Assembly: GCA_965223155.1 (NCBI GenBank)
Contig: CBDCVR010000013.1
Coordinates: forward strand, 1-64,000
DNA from: Candidatus Multivoradales bacterium
GTDB taxonomy: Bacteria > Acidobacteriota > Thermoanaerobaculia > Multivoradales > JAHEKO01
Length of the DNA stretch: 64,000 bases
Direction: 5' to 3'
Each line of letters opens with the position of its first letter. Position 1 is the stretch's first letter. The position numbers were made by a program, and so were the translations under genes. Below, one piece after another: positions 45,136 to 54,418 of this stretch. The notes under the pieces are model-generated. The model did not search any database, had not been told where the DNA came from, and saw nothing but the letters and a program-made list of their open reading frames with translations.

Positions 45136-47391
45136 ATGAAGACACCGAACCATCCCGAAGCCGAGAAATCCCCGATTCCGGCGGCCGGCCCTGACCGCGG
45201 CCGCCGAGCCCGAGTCTCCGCGCGGAACCTGGCGTCCGCGGCGGCCGTTCTGGGCACGCTGAGCACGCTGAGCGCGGCCGGCCCGGCGGCGGCTTACGTC
45301 GGCCCGGGGGCCGGCTTCGCGCTGGCGTCGTCCTTCTTCGCGGTCTTCCTGACCGTGGTCATCGTGATCGCGGTTCTTCTGGTCTGGCCGTTTCGCAAGC
45401 TCTTCCACCTCGCGAAGTACGGCCGCAAGCCCAAGGGACGCATCAAGCGGCTGGTGGTCGTGGGCCTCGACGGGCAGGACCCGCGCCTGACCGACAAGTT
45501 CCTGGTCGAGGGCAAGCTGCCCAACTTCCAGAAGCTGGCCGACGAGGGCTGCTACCACCGCATCGGCACCACCTATCCGGCGGTCTCGCCGGTGGCCTGG
45601 TCTTCGTTCTCGACCGGCACCCATCCGGCCAAGCACAACATCTTCGACTTTTTGAGCCGGGACAAGAAGACCTACCTGCCGCTTCTGTCCTCGGCCGACA
45701 TCGGCGGCGTCGAGAAGTTCCTGGAGCTGGGCAAGTTCCGGCTGCCGATGCACAAGCCCGAGATCCGGCTGCTGCGCAAGTCCAAGCCCTTCTGGACGCT
45801 CCTGGGCGAGAAGCGCATCTGGAGCACCGTGCTGCGCGTGCCGATCACCTTCCCGCCGGACCGGTTCTACGGCGCCGAGCTCTCGGCCATGTCGGTGCCG
45901 GATCTCCTGGGCACTCAGGGGACGTTTCTGCTCTTTACCACCCGGCCCGCGGACGAAGCCTTCAAGGAAGGCGGCCTCCGGGTGGAATTGGCAAGGAATG
46001 GCTCGGGACTGGGCGCGACGGTCGAGGGCCCAGAGAACATCTTTCTGCGAGACGGCCGGCCGATGGAGCTGCCGGTCAAGGTCACGCCGGCGTCCGACGG
46101 CGCTTCGGCCGAGGTGTCGCTCAACGGTGAGACGGTCGAGGTCCGGCGCGGCGAGCTCTCGGACTGGGTGCCGCTGTCGTTCCCGGCGGCTTTCGGCGTC
46201 AAGGCGTCGGGCATCTGCCGGCTGCTCTTGCTCGAGGCCGGCGAGCACACCACGCTCTACATGACCCCGATCAGCCTCGATCCCGAAAAGCCCGCGATGC
46301 CGGTGTCCCACCCGAGCTACTACTCGACCTATCTGGCCAAGCAGATCGGCCCGTTCTCGACCATGGGCCTCGCCGAAGACACCTGGGCGCTCAACGAGGA
46401 CATCGTGGACGACGGGGCCTTTCTGAAGATGTCCTACGACATCGACCAGGAGCGCCAGGAGATGTTCTTCTCCAGCCTCGACCGGGTGCGGGAAGGCTCG
46501 GTGGTCTGCGTCTTCGACGGCACCGACCGGATCCAGCACATGTTCTGGCGCTATATGGAGGACGGGCACCCGGCCGCCGAGGGCCGCGATCCCGGCGAGC
46601 ACAAGGACGCCATCGAAGCCCTCTACGAGCACAACGACAAGTTGATCGGCCGGGTGATGGAAAAGCTCCGGGACGGGGATCTGCTGATGGTGCTCTCGGA
46701 CCACGGTTTTACCTCCTTCCGGCGCGGCATCAACTTGAACGCCTGGCTGCTGGAGAACGGCTACCTCGCGCTCAAGGATGGAGCCGACGGCAGCTCCGAC
46801 TGGCTGCGCGACGTGGACTGGTCGAAGACCCGGGCCTACGCTCTGGGCCTGACCGGCATGTACTTGAACCTCAAGGGGCGCGAGGCCGAGGGCATCGTCG
46901 AGCCCGGCGAGGAAGCGGCCGCGCTCAAGGCCGAGCTCATCGAGCGCATGGGCGGGCTGGTGGATCCCGAGACCGGGGAGACCGCGATCAACGCGCTCTT
47001 CGATACCGCCGAGCTCTACCAGGGTCCCTATCTGACCAACGCCCAAGATCTGGTCGTGGGCTACAACCACGGCTACCGGATCTCCTGGGAGGGCGCCACC
47101 GGAGTGATCTCGGGGCCGATCTGGGAAGACAACGTCAAGGCCTGGAGCGGCGACCACGGAGTCGATCCGCGGATTGTGCCGGGAGTGTTCTTCTGCAACC
47201 ACGAGCTCGACCGCGAGGATCCACATCTGGTGGACATCGCGCCCACGGTGCTCGAGCTTTTCGGCCTCGAGCCGCCCGCCCACATGGACGGCAAGCCGCT
47301 CTTTGCGGCCGGGCGCGGTTTCGAGGCGGGGTCGCCGCAGGCGGCGTCGGAAGAACCGGGGGAAAACTCGCAGGAGGCGTCTGCGGCATGA
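45136..47391 (+). CDS. Alkaline phosphatase superfamily (nucleotide pyrophosphatase/phosphodiesterase-like) membrane protein
   Basis: GLDG, SPVAWSSF, DRIQHMFW, SDHGF, SGDH; N-terminal AYVGPGAG + TM; start trimmed from 44140 (uncertain). Confidence 0.88.
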   Translation: MKTPNHPEAEKSPIPAAGPDRGRRARVSARNLASAAAVLGTLSTLSAAGPAAAYVGPGAGFALASSFFAVFLTVVIVIAVLLVWPFRKLFHLAKYGRKPKGRIKRLVVVGLDGQDPRLTDKFLVEGKLPNFQKLADEGCYHRIGTTYPAVSPVAWSSFSTGTHPAKHNIFDFLSRDKKTYLPLLSSADIGGVEKFLELGKFRLPMHKPEIRLLRKSKPFWTLLGEKRIWSTVLRVPITFPPDRFYGAELSAMSVPDLLGTQGTFLLFTTRPADEAFKEGGLRVELARNGSGLGATVEGPENIFLRDGRPMELPVKVTPASDGASAEVSLNGETVEVRRGELSDWVPLSFPAAFGVKASGICRLLLLEAGEHTTLYMTPISLDPEKPAMPVSHPSYYSTYLAKQIGPFSTMGLAEDTWALNEDIVDDGAFLKMSYDIDQERQEMFFSSLDRVREGSVVCVFDGTDRIQHMFWRYMEDGHPAAEGRDPGEHKDAIEALYEHNDKLIGRVMEKLRDGDLLMVLSDHGFTSFRRGINLNAWLLENGYLALKDGADGSSDWLRDVDWSKTRAYALGLTGMYLNLKGREAEGIVEPGEEAAALKAELIERMGGLVDPETGETAINALFDTAELYQGPYLTNAQDLVVGYNHGYRISWEGATGVISGPIWEDNVKAWSGDHGVDPRIVPGVFFCNHELDREDPHLVDIAPTVLELFGLEPPAHMDGKPLFAAGRGFEAGSPQAASEEPGENSQEASAA

Positions 47392-49304
47392 GCAAACGCT
47401 TCGGAATCGTCCTGGTGGCCATGGCCGTCGCCGGCTTGTCGGTCTTCGCCTCGTGCGCGGGCCGCTGGCAGGGGCAGCCGGTGATCGTCCTGGGCTTCGA
47501 CGGCATGGACTATTCGCTTACCCGGCGTTACATGGACGAGGGACGGATGCCCAACTTCTCGCGCCTCGAGAAGGAAGGCCGGTTCTCGTCGCTGGGCACC
47601 GCGATTCCGCCCCAGAGCCCGGTGGCCTGGTCGAACTTCATCAGCGGCTCCGACTCGGCGGTTCACGGGCTCTATGACTTTCTGCACCGCGAGCCCGAGA
47701 CCGCCATGCCGTACCTGTCAATGAGCAAGGACGAAGAGCCCAAGAAGCTCAAGCTCGGCAAGTTCGAGATTCCGCTCTGGGGCGGCGGCCTCAAGCTGCT
47801 GCGTCACGGTCCCGAGTTCTGGGAAACCCTCGAGTCGCGCGGCGTCCAGACCCACATCTACCGGATGCCGGCCAACTACCCGCCCTCGGGCACCGCCACC
47901 CGGGAGCTCTCGGGCATGGGGACGCCCGACATCCTGGGCTCGCCCGGGACCTTCTCCTTCTACACCTCGGACATTTTCGTCAACGAGCGCAACGTGGACG
48001 GCGGCCAGATCAAGGCGCTCGATCTCTGGAACGGCGAGGCCGAGGGCAAGCTGGCCGGTCCGGAAGGGCTGGAGGCCAGCTTCAAGGCGTATCTGGATCC
48101 CGACGAGCCCTGGGTGCGCCTGGTCGTGGGCGAGGTCGAGGCCATCGTCGGCGTCGGCGAATGGAGCGACTGGCTGCCGATCGACTTCGAGATGGGGCCG
48201 ATGTCGGCGTTGCGCGGCATGGCCCGCTTCCAGGTGCGCCAGACCACCCCGGAGCTCGAGATCTATGTGACTCCCATCAACATCGACCCGGCCAAGCCGG
48301 CCAAGCCGATCTCGACCCCGGAGAACTACGCCGCTCGCCTGGCGAAAGAGACCGGCCGCTTCTATACCCAGGGCATGCCCGAGGACACCAAGGCCCTGTC
48401 GGCCGAGATCTTTGACTACGCGGCCTTCCTGGATCAGGCCGAGGTCACCGGCCGGGAGATTCGCGAGCAGTACCGCTGGGTGCTCGACCGCTTCGACGGG
48501 GATTTCCTCTTCTACTACTTCGGCAACCTGGATCAGATCTCGCACATGATGATGCGGACGATCGATCCCGAGCATCCCGCCTACAACCCCGAGGTGGACG
48601 GCCCCTACGCCGGCACCATCCCGGGGATCTACGCCGAGTTCGACGAGATCGTCGGCGAGACCCTGGCCGGAATGCCGGAGAACACCAAGCTGGTGGTCAT
48701 GTCCGACCACGGATTCGCCAGCTGGCGCCGCCAGTTCCACCTCAACCGGTGGCTGGTGGAGAAAGGCTATCTGGTCCTGAAGACCACCGGCAAGGCCAAG
48801 CCGAATCTGATCGAGGACACCGACTGGAGCCGCACCCGCGCCTACGGACTGGGACTGAACGGTCTCTACGTCAACCTCGCCGGCCGCGAGGCCAACGGCA
48901 TCGTCCAGCCTGGCGAGTACGACGCTCTGCTGGACGAGATCTCGCGCGAGCTCCTGGCGACGATCGATCCGGCGACCGGCGCCCAGGCCGTGACCAAGGC
49001 CTACAAGCGCGATCAGACCTACGGCGAAGGCGACTACCTGTACCTGGGTCCGGACCTTCAGGTGGGCTACGCCAAGGGCGTGCGCTGCTCGGGCGACTCT
49101 GCCCTGGGCGACGTCAACGAGACGGTGCTCGAGGACAACACCGGCGCCTGGAGCGGCGACCACTGCATGGACCATGACTCCGTTCCGGGGATTCTCCTGA
49201 CCAACTTCGAACCGGCCGTCCAGGCCGCGAACCTGAGCCAACTGACCGACGCGATTCTGGCCGAATTCGGTGCTGGCTCGGATGCCTCTGCTGGCTCCCA
49301 ATAA
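47388..49304 (+). CDS. Second alkaline phosphatase superfamily (NPP-like) protein
   Basis: GFDG, SPVAWSNF, DQISH, SDHGF, SGDH; N-terminal signal with possible lipobox FASC; ATGA overlap. Confidence 0.88.
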   Translation: MSKRFGIVLVAMAVAGLSVFASCAGRWQGQPVIVLGFDGMDYSLTRRYMDEGRMPNFSRLEKEGRFSSLGTAIPPQSPVAWSNFISGSDSAVHGLYDFLHREPETAMPYLSMSKDEEPKKLKLGKFEIPLWGGGLKLLRHGPEFWETLESRGVQTHIYRMPANYPPSGTATRELSGMGTPDILGSPGTFSFYTSDIFVNERNVDGGQIKALDLWNGEAEGKLAGPEGLEASFKAYLDPDEPWVRLVVGEVEAIVGVGEWSDWLPIDFEMGPMSALRGMARFQVRQTTPELEIYVTPINIDPAKPAKPISTPENYAARLAKETGRFYTQGMPEDTKALSAEIFDYAAFLDQAEVTGREIREQYRWVLDRFDGDFLFYYFGNLDQISHMMMRTIDPEHPAYNPEVDGPYAGTIPGIYAEFDEIVGETLAGMPENTKLVVMSDHGFASWRRQFHLNRWLVEKGYLVLKTTGKAKPNLIEDTDWSRTRAYGLGLNGLYVNLAGREANGIVQPGEYDALLDEISRELLATIDPATGAQAVTKAYKRDQTYGEGDYLYLGPDLQVGYAKGVRCSGDSALGDVNETVLEDNTGAWSGDHCMDHDSVPGILLTNFEPAVQAANLSQLTDAILAEFGAGSDASAGSQ

Positions 49305-49342
49305 CCAGGCCCGCCTCGGCAGGCTTCCAAGAGGAATCAACC

Positions 49343-49537
49343 ATGGGTGGAACCACCAAAGTCAAACTAGAAAAAGAGCTGGTCGCCAAGATCAAGCGCT
49401 ACGCCGACATCGCGGGCTACTCGTCACCCGAGGAGTTCATCACCCACGCGCTCGAAAAGGAGCTCTCGAAGCTCGCCGACGCCGGCTCCGAGGAAGAGAT
49501 CCGCAAGCGCCTCCAAGGGCTGGGCTACATCTCCTAG
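49343..49537 (+). CDS. Small protein (64 aa), ribbon-helix-helix-like N-terminus with RLxxLGY C-terminal motif
   Basis: GAGG RBS; host-like codons; KVKLEKELVAKIK..GYSSPEEFI..EEEIRKRLQGLGYIS. Confidence 0.8.
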   Translation: MGGTTKVKLEKELVAKIKRYADIAGYSSPEEFITHALEKELSKLADAGSEEEIRKRLQGLGYIS

Positions 49538-49603
49538 AGCCGAGACCGGGATTCCGGGCGAGACCGCCCGGCACGGCCTGGAACCGAACCTGAAGACGAT
49601 CTG

Positions 49604-50452
49604 ATGACCGCTCTCAACCGTGCCCTGCGCTGGGCCTTCGATCTGCTGCACCGCCCCTTCGAGGGCATGTCCGCCTGGGTGGGGCTGACCGTGGTGTCGC
49701 TCCTTTCGGCGGTCGTCGCGCTCCTGGTCTTCAAGCGGGTCTCGAACCAGGACGGCATCGACCGCATCAAGCGCAAGATGCAGGCCTCGCTCTTCGAGAT
49801 CCGGCTCTTCAACAACGACCTGCGGGCGATCTTCAAGGCCCAGTGGGCGTTTCTCATCGCCAACTTCAAGTACCTGGGGCTGATGCTGGTGCCGCTTCTG
49901 TGGCTCCTGATTCCGTTCGTCCTGGCCTACGTGCATCTCGACGGTCGGTATCGGTATGAGGGCCCGGAGGTGGGCCAGGACTTCGTCTTGAACGTGCGCC
50001 TGGCCGGCGAGGACGAAACCGGCGCCGGCGACAAGCCGGCTATTGATCTCGAGACCCCGAGCGGGGTCGAGGCGACCTCGCCCTCGGTCTGGAGCGCTCT
50101 CGACCGAACCATGTCCTGGCGCCTCCGCGCCGACGAGCCCGGCCTCCACCGGCTGACCGTGCGCCACGCCGGCCACGAGCTGGTCAAGGAAGTGGCCCCC
50201 GGCCCCAAGGCGCTGGCTCGATCGCCAGACCGTCCCGCTGCGGGCTTCTTGGCCCAGATCGACCGGCCGCTCGAACCGCCCCTGCCGGCCGACTCCGGCG
50301 TCGAAGAGATCACCGTCCGCTACGAGGAGCGCTCCTGGGGCGAGCTCTCCCTGGCCGCCCTCCAGATCCCGCTTGCCTGGTGGTTCTGGTGGCTCGTCCT
50401 CATGGTCGTCCTGGGCTACGCCTTGAGCCGGCCGCTCGGCGTCAAGATTTAG
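49604..50452 (+). CDS. Membrane protein resembling DUF106/EMC3/TMCO1 topology
   Basis: TM, basic helical hairpin, TM, soluble insert, C-terminal TM ending in GVKI; family assignment is tentative. Confidence 0.6.
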   Translation: MTALNRALRWAFDLLHRPFEGMSAWVGLTVVSLLSAVVALLVFKRVSNQDGIDRIKRKMQASLFEIRLFNNDLRAIFKAQWAFLIANFKYLGLMLVPLLWLLIPFVLAYVHLDGRYRYEGPEVGQDFVLNVRLAGEDETGAGDKPAIDLETPSGVEATSPSVWSALDRTMSWRLRADEPGLHRLTVRHAGHELVKEVAPGPKALARSPDRPAAGFLAQIDRPLEPPLPADSGVEEITVRYEERSWGELSLAALQIPLAWWFWWLVLMVVLGYALSRPLGVKI

Positions 50453-50504
50453 GATCGGGGCGCAGGCCGGCCGATCGGCAGGCTTCGGGCCTCGAAGAAC
50501 CTGC

Positions 50505-50966
50505 CTACAGATCCAGCCGAAAGCAGCGGATCAGGCCCACGTCTTCAAAGCCCAGGGCGCGGTGGGCGGCGGCGCTGAGGGTGTTGTCTGCTGCGGTGTC
50601 GGAGGCGAATTCGGTGAGGCCCTGGCCGCGCGCCCAGTCGAGGGCGGCGTCGACGAGGGCCCGGCCGACGCCTTGACGGCGGGCGTCGGGAAGGACGTAC
50701 CAGCCTTCGAGGTAGCCGACGCGCTCGCTGGAGCAGCCTTCGGCGTAGGGATGGATGGAGAGCTCGCAGAAGCCGATCGGTGTGCTGGCCGGATCGACTG
50801 CGACCAGGACGGTTAGCGATTCTCGGGCCTTGCCCGCGAAATAGGCGTCGAGCTCGGCGCGGTGTTCGGCTTCGGGTCCGTCCGGCCATAGGTCGCGCCG
50901 GAAGGCGACCAGGGCCTCGCGGTCGCCGGTGTGAGCAGGCCGCACGGTCGCCCGAATTCGGTTCAT
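50505..50966 (-). CDS. GNAT acetyltransferase, AAC(6')-I-like
   Basis: LWP, YAEGC..VGYLEGWYV, RRQGVG, EFASD, HRALGF. Confidence 0.82.
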   Translation of the reverse strand: MNRIRATVRPAHTGDREALVAFRRDLWPDGPEAEHRAELDAYFAGKARESLTVLVAVDPASTPIGFCELSIHPYAEGCSSERVGYLEGWYVLPDARRQGVGRALVDAALDWARGQGLTEFASDTAADNTLSAAAHRALGFEDVGLIRCFRLDL

Positions 50967-51105
50967 CGTGGTCCATTGTCGGGGAGGTCGTGCCGTCGTT
51001 CAAGTCGAGGGATGAGTAGACTCGGGCGGAACCGTGTGAACTCGGGTTCCCGGGCTCGTCGGAGAACCTGGGAAGCCTCGAGAGGCAACGAGAAAGGACG
51101 ACTTC

Positions 51106-51663
51106 ATGAGACAAGACTTCGCTCGAAACAAGGTGATCGCGCTGCCGGCGCTACTGGCTCTGCCGGCTGTGCTCGCTCTCATTGCTTCGCCGGCTCCGGC
51201 AACCGCGCAGGAGCCGGAGGCGGCGGCCCTGGGGCCGACCCAGCTGGCCGAGAGGTTCTTCGAGCAGGTCGCGGCCGGGGAACACGCGCGGGCGATTGAT
51301 GAGCTCTATTCGTCAAACCAGTGGGTATCTTCGATCTCCGATCAGGTCGGAAAGCTGCGGGCGCAGTTCGTCGGATTGAACGACTTGGTTGGTGGCTACC
51401 TGGGGAGTGAGGCCGTAGGCGACAGCGCCATCTCGTCGCGCTTTGTGTATCTCTGGTACATCGGCTACTTTGAGCGTCAGCCTCTTCAGTTTCATTTCAG
51501 CTTCTATCGGGCCAAGGATCAGTGGCGCGTCTATTCGTTTTCGTACGACGAGGGCATGGATGCCGTTGTGAAGGAGCTCGCCAAGATGGAGTTGGCCTAC
51601 GGGGTGTCGATGTCGCCGCCGGGGGCGGCTCGCGAGGCCGCGCTCGGCGTCCAGTCTCCCTAG
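51106..51663 (+). CDS. Hypothetical secreted protein
   Basis: AAGGA RBS; signal peptide ending PATA. Confidence 0.7.
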   Translation: MRQDFARNKVIALPALLALPAVLALIASPAPATAQEPEAAALGPTQLAERFFEQVAAGEHARAIDELYSSNQWVSSISDQVGKLRAQFVGLNDLVGGYLGSEAVGDSAISSRFVYLWYIGYFERQPLQFHFSFYRAKDQWRVYSFSYDEGMDAVVKELAKMELAYGVSMSPPGAAREAALGVQSP

Positions 51664-51799
51664 GCTCGAGGCCCGGCGTCGAGCCGGGTCGTCGCGCGTC
51701 GCCGCCCCGCCCTCCTATGTAGCGAGGGCTCCCGTTGGCCCGTGCTACGCTGCCGTGGTTCGAGCCGATTGTTTTGGGCTGCTGGCCCGGGAGGTGCCG

Positions 51800-52579
51800 A
51801 TGTTTTCTTCGATCCTGACGCGTCTGCGCGTTCCACTGGCTCTGTTGCTGGCAGTTGCCACGCTCGGAACGGCGGTGCCGGCCACGGCATCTGAGCCGGC
51901 CGGCGAGCCGCCCGGAGCGGCTACGCCCGAGGCCCTGATTGACCGCATGATGGCCGCCGCCGAAGCCGGCGACATGGCTGAGATGGCCGCCTGCATGGTT
52001 CCCGAGGAGCGGGCCGAGATGACCGCGATGATGGTGGCGATGGCGGGCATGATGGTCGCCTTCATGGACATGGGCGGCGCGATGGCGGCCGAGCTGGGTG
52101 AGGGACTGGCCGAGGCTTTCGGGGAGGGTGACATGACGGCGGAGGAGCAAGCGGAGCAGGATGCCGAGCGCGAGGCGGCTGAGGCCGAGGCCGCCAAGGA
52201 GGTCGCCGCGGTGACTCAGCAGTATCAGGAGATCCTGAGCCGGCATGGCTTGGAGGACCTGATGGCGGCCGAGGAGGCCGGTGACGACGTGGATCTGGAC
52301 GCTCTTCTGGGAGACGTCGATCAGGTGGCCCTGTTGCGCGATCTGATGGGCTTTCTCGAGGAGATCGGCGATGAAGAAGAGGGCGCCACGGCAGGCGGAG
52401 CGGAGATGCCGGATGAGATCACGGATCTCCAGGTGGACGGCTCGCAGGCCACGGCCAAGGCCGGCGACGAGACGCTCGAGCTCGTGGAAATCGACGGCCG
52501 CTGGTACTTCAAGTCCCCGCAGCCGGAGCCGTCCGAAGAGGACGAGATCGAGGACGAAGTCGAGGACGAGATCGAGTAG
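51800..52579 (+). CDS. Hypothetical secreted acidic protein
   Basis: GGAGG RBS; signal peptide; C-terminal LVEIDGRWYF. Confidence 0.75.
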   Translation: MFSSILTRLRVPLALLLAVATLGTAVPATASEPAGEPPGAATPEALIDRMMAAAEAGDMAEMAACMVPEERAEMTAMMVAMAGMMVAFMDMGGAMAAELGEGLAEAFGEGDMTAEEQAEQDAEREAAEAEAAKEVAAVTQQYQEILSRHGLEDLMAAEEAGDDVDLDALLGDVDQVALLRDLMGFLEEIGDEEEGATAGGAEMPDEITDLQVDGSQATAKAGDETLELVEIDGRWYFKSPQPEPSEEDEIEDEVEDEIE

Positions 52580-52621
52580 CTTGGCCGGATCGCCGGCCCG
52601 GGCTGCGCCGGTCGTCGCTCG

Positions 52622-53092
52622 TCAGCGCTTGCGCCGGACGTAGACGACTTTTTCGACGCGGGCGACGGTGTTGCCGTCGCCGTCGAGGACCTCGGCGTGA
52701 AAGATCGGCTCGGTCTTGCCGCTTGCGTCCGCGGCCGCTCGGATCTCTTGGGCGCGATCGCGCGAGATCTCGAAGCGGGCGCGCACCGTGCCCCGGCCCG
52801 GAGCCACGAATTCGATGCGGGCCGCCTTGTCCCAGACGATGTAGTCGCGCCCCAGCATCTGGGTCAGGATCAAGGTGAAGAAGGGGTCGCACATCGAGTA
52901 GAGCGACCCGCCGAAGTGGGTGCCGAAGAAGTTGTTGTTGTAGAAGCCGTGGCGCATCTCGACCTCGAAAAGGCCGTTGGCTGGATCGGCCCGGGGTACC
53001 CGAATGCCGGCGCCGAGAAAGGGCGGGTAAAAGCTCAGGTGGTGAAGCCACCAGCGCTGGAACCTGCGGTTCAGTTTCTTGAAGAGGCTCAT
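52622..53092 (-). CDS. Hotdog-fold thioesterase (DUF4442-like)
   Basis: YPPFLGAGIRV, GTHFGGSLYSMCDPF, VWDKAARIEF. Confidence 0.85.
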   Translation of the reverse strand: MSLFKKLNRRFQRWWLHHLSFYPPFLGAGIRVPRADPANGLFEVEMRHGFYNNNFFGTHFGGSLYSMCDPFFTLILTQMLGRDYIVWDKAARIEFVAPGRGTVRARFEISRDRAQEIRAAADASGKTEPIFHAEVLDGDGNTVARVEKVVYVRRKR

Positions 53093-53173
53093 GCCTGAGG
53101 ATACGGGTGCGACTCGAGTCCGGCCGGGGCTCGGTTCGTCCCGGAGTGCAAACGCGAGCTCCGGCCTTGGCTG

Positions 53174-54112
53174 CTACCGGGTCCGGCGGAACCAGACCGA
53201 GCCGAAGTGGGTGTCGTAGTCCTTCGGGATGGTAGCGCGGTAGCCGGGCAGGGTCCGGGCCAGGAAGTCCGGGTCGAAGTGTCTGAGCATCGGTGCCGAG
53301 TAGGTGATCTTGAAGCGGTCGTTGTAGGCGAGAAACGCCTGGAGGATCATCGACTCGGTCCAGACTTGAGGCCACTTGGTGCCGAAGACGTACTGCTCGG
53401 CCGGATGCGGCACGTTGTACGGGAAGTGGATGTCGTGGGCGTGAATGGTGACGCCCGGGTTCAAACGCGGCACGATCTCGAGATAGAGGTAGGCGACGTC
53501 GCCGCCGACCTTGAGGACGTGGGTCGTGTCGATGAAGAAAACGTCTCCGTCCTGGAGCTCGTCGAAGTACGAAAGTGGCACGTCTTGGACGAAGCTCACG
53601 GTCAGATCGATGCCGTCCAGGGTCTTGAGTTTGTCGCGCGGGTACGGATCGACGACCTTGAAGGACGATTCGCGCCCCTCCTCGCGATTCTTGTTGATCG
53701 CCATCCAGGCGTAGTAGGTCGAGAAGCCCGAGCCGATCTCGATGTAGCGCTTCGGCTTGAGGTGCCGGAGCATCATGTAGAGCGTCTGGGCGTCGATCTC
53801 GGTGAAGCCCGGTCCCATGCCCAGCTTCTTGTTCTCCTGGTAGGGCGTCAGGGCCTGGTACTCGTCGCCGAAGGCCTCCACCATCTCTCCCGCCAGCGCC
53901 TTCATCGAGTCGAGGTCGTAGTCGACGCCGACCATCTCGGAAGGCACGTCCCACTGTTCTCGGGTTCGTTCGAGCTCAGAGAGGACCGGGATCGGGGAGT
54001 AGAAATCGCGCGATGGGTAGACCTCCCAGCCTAGGGCCGAGACGGTCTTGCGCATCCAGTAGTGGAGCTTTCGATAGATCGCGCGGAGGGTGGAGTAGAC
54101 GGGGTTCGCCAT
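53174..54112 (-). CDS. Class I SAM-dependent methyltransferase (Methyltransf_24-like)
   Basis: FYSPIP, IEIGSGFST, FFIDTTH, HAHDIHFP. Confidence 0.85.
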   Translation of the reverse strand: MANPVYSTLRAIYRKLHYWMRKTVSALGWEVYPSRDFYSPIPVLSELERTREQWDVPSEMVGVDYDLDSMKALAGEMVEAFGDEYQALTPYQENKKLGMGPGFTEIDAQTLYMMLRHLKPKRYIEIGSGFSTYYAWMAINKNREEGRESSFKVVDPYPRDKLKTLDGIDLTVSFVQDVPLSYFDELQDGDVFFIDTTHVLKVGGDVAYLYLEIVPRLNPGVTIHAHDIHFPYNVPHPAEQYVFGTKWPQVWTESMILQAFLAYNDRFKITYSAPMLRHFDPDFLARTLPGYRATIPKDYDTHFGSVWFRRTR

Positions 54113-54418
54113 CAGATTAGATCGCTTTCGGGACGAGTTTCGGGGCTGGGGCCGGGGGGACCGAGCGCTCTGCTAGGCTTCGAACGGCCGCTCGAGCCTT
54201 CCGGAATCGTCGTTCATGTTGTCGGATTCGAGATTTGTTGCGTCCCGCCGGCCCGGCTTCGAGGTCGGGATCCGTAGCCCCGGACGGTGGCGCCGGGCGC
54301 CGGCCGCGGACGTTCGCGCGAGTCTAGCAGGCCGTGGTCGAAGTCGAGGCGGTGGGACGGCAGGTGGGCCATCGTTGGAATGCCGGCCAAAGCGCCCTCG
54401 GGAAGTTGGAGGCGAGTG

